Below the pieces are notes generated by a model. That model had not been told where the DNA came from. It was given only the letters and a program-made list of their open reading frames with translations, and ran no database searches. Positions 61,929-64,000 of a DNA stretch of 64,000 nt are shown piece by piece. A program made the translations under genes and the position numbers. Source of the DNA: an uncultured Solirubrobacterales bacterium (GTDB taxonomy: Bacteria > Actinomycetota > Thermoleophilia > Solirubrobacterales > 70-9); NCBI GenBank assembly GCA_963816785.1, contig CAWFLL010000003.1, positions 11,889 through 75,888 on the forward strand. Reading direction: 5' to 3'. Within the stretch, counting starts at the first letter, position 1; each line of letters begins with the position of its first letter.

Positions 61929-64000
61929 CTAGGCTCCATTCGGATGCCAACCCCGCAACCTGTTGGAGTTGCCCACCACGGACAACGAACTGGCCGCCAT
62001 GGCGGCCGCGGCAATCATCGGGCTCAGCTGAATCCCGAGGAACGGGTAGAGCACGCCCGCCGCGACCGGGATTCCGATCGTGTTGTAGCCGAAGGCCAAG
62101 AAGAGGTTCTGGCGGATGGTGCGCATCGTCGCTTGCTCAGCGAGAGCGCCAGCGGAACCCCGCGCAGGTCGCCCGAGATGAGGGTCACGTCGGCGGCCTC
62201 GATTGCGACGTCGGTGCCGGTGCCGATGGCGATGCCGACGTCGGCCTGGGCGAGGGCCGGCGCGTCGTTGATGCCGTCGCCGACCATCGCGACGACCTTG
62301 CCCTCGTCCTGCAGCTGGCGGACCTCGAGCGCCTTGTCGCTCGGGCAGCACCTCGGCGAACACGCGCTCGATGCCGACCTGGCGGGCGATCGCCTCAGCG
62401 GTCCGCGTGTTGTCGCCGCTGATCATCACGACCTCGAGGCCGAGCTCCTGTAGTGCGGCGATCGCCTCAGCGGATTCGGGCTTGACGGTGTCGGCGACCG
62501 CCAGCACGCCCGCCGTGCTGCCCGTCGACGGCGACGAGGATCGCGGTCTTACCCTCGGCCGCCAGCGCTGAGCCTCGGATTCCAAGGGCCGGGGTCGACG
62601 CCGCTCCTCGCGCAGCAGGCGCCGCGTGCCGACCAGCAACCGGTGGCCCTCGACCGTCGCCCGCAGGCCACGGCCGGTGATCGAATCGAAGTCCGAGGCC
62701 TCCGGTAGCGAGGAGGTGCCACGCTCCTCGGCGCCGGCGACGATCGCTGCCTCGCCCAGTGGGTGCTCGGAGCGAGCGCTCCGCCGCTGCCGCCAGCCGC
62801 AGGAGTTCCTCCTCGCCCAGCTCGCCGAGGCGACCACGTCGGTCAGGGCCGGCTCCCCACGGGTGATCGTGCCCGTCTTGTCGAGCACGATGGCGTCGAG
62901 CTTGTGGGCGGTCTCCAGTGCCTCGGCCGCGCGGATCAGGACGCCGCTCTCGGCGCCCTTACCGGTGCCGACCATGATCGCGAGTCGGCGTCGCCAGGCC
63001 GAGGGCGCAGGGGCAGGCGATGATCAGCACCGCCACTGCGGAGACCAAGGCGAAGGTGAGAGCCGGCGATGGGCCGAAGTCGAACCAGACGACGAAGGTC
63101 GCGATCGCGATGAAGATCACCGCCGGGACGAAGTAGCTGGCGACGAGATCGGCGAGGCGCTGGATCGGCGCCTTCGAGCCCTGCGCCTCTTCCACCAAGC
63201 GCGACGATCTGGGCGAGCATCGTGTCGCTGCCGACGCCGTGGCACGGAAGCGGAAGGCGCCGGTCTGGTTCACGGTGGCGCCGATCACCGTGTCGCCGAC
63301 GCTCCTTGGTGACGGGCAGCGACTCGCCTGTGACCATCGACTCATCGATAGCTCGAGCGTCCCTCGACCACCTCGCCATCGACCGAAACCTTCTCGCCGG
63401 GCCGAACGGCGATTACGTCGCCGGGCGCCACCTCCTCGACCGGGATCTCCTCCTCGCGGCCTTCGCGGACGACACGGGCCGTCTTCGCCTGCAGGCCGAT
63501 CAGCCGTCGGATCGCCTCACCGGTCCCCGCCTTGGCGCGGACCTCGAGCAGCCGGCCGAGCAGGATCAAGGTGAGGATGACGCCAACCGCCTCGTAGTAG
63601 ACGTCGCGAAGGTCGCTCGGCAGCAGGCTCGGGAAGAGGGTGACGAAGAGGCTGTAGCTGAAGGCGGCCCCCGTCCCAATCGCGATCAGCGTGTTCATGT
63701 CGGCGCTGCGGTGGGAGAGGCTGAGCCATCCACTTCGGTGGATCGGCCAGCCGGTGTAGAGCATCACCGGGGTAATCAGGGCCAGCTGGAACCAGCGATT
63801 CATCATGAAGTCCGGCACCCAGCTGGCGCCGAATACGTCGGAGGCCATCACCGCGAAGAGGACGGGCGCCGTGAGGACCGCCCCGACCGCAACCCGCCGG
63901 CTGAGGTCGGCGATTTCGGCGCGCCGGGCGGCGGCCTCGGCATCGCCGTCCTCTGGCCGCTGGCGGTCCTCTTCCAGCAGCTCGTAGCCCGAGCCAGTAA
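61929..64000 (-). pseudogene. Heavy-metal (Cu/CPx-type) P-type ATPase, many frameshifts; N-terminus beyond the window
   Basis: Motifs are scattered over frames: TM/actuator part (ORF 63342..63851), CPC in ACPCALGLATP (62959..63345), DKTGTIT and SEHPL (61929..62975), [12 protein letters not shown] (62024..62287), C-terminal [20 protein letters not shown]. Confidence 0.85.

Overview
This is a 64-kb window of a very GC-rich (about 70%) chromosome. Gene content and order look like Actinomycetota; that taxon call is inference only.

Bases 1-31,000 are conserved core:
- the tail of the division/cell-wall cluster (pgeF-yggS-sepF-proC-yggT-lspA-rluD)
- rpsB-tsf-pyrH-frr-uppS-cdsA
- dxr-rseP and ispG, separated by two minus-strand secreted LTD/Ig-repeat genes
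- an acyl-CoA ligase, proS and a pgsA-like gene
- a small RsiG-like coiled-coil gene followed by FHA and MerR genes
- lipid-related genes, nadE, dinB and thrC

From about 31 kb onward the window is an accessory mosaic. It holds secreted repeat proteins, hydrolases, a second WS/DGAT, cyclase-domain proteins, a decayed replicon-like element (primase, AAA ATPase, RNase H), a low-GC SEC-C/nuclease gene, and a decayed heavy-metal P-type ATPase.

The most unusual signal is a family of seven clear copies, plus one degenerate copy, of an 80-175 nt repeat. All copies are co-oriented on the minus strand. Each ends in a tRNA-like T-arm plus acceptor strand and begins with 11-bp-phased direct repeats. The copies sit in the intergenic gaps between 41.8 and 61.4 kb and cut that segment into cassette-like modules. 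No integrase is present.

Many accessory genes carry frameshifts while the core genes are intact. By eye I found no rRNA, canonical tRNA, CRISPR array, intact transposase or intact integrase. Many long ORFs in the supplied track are GC-driven antisense artefacts.
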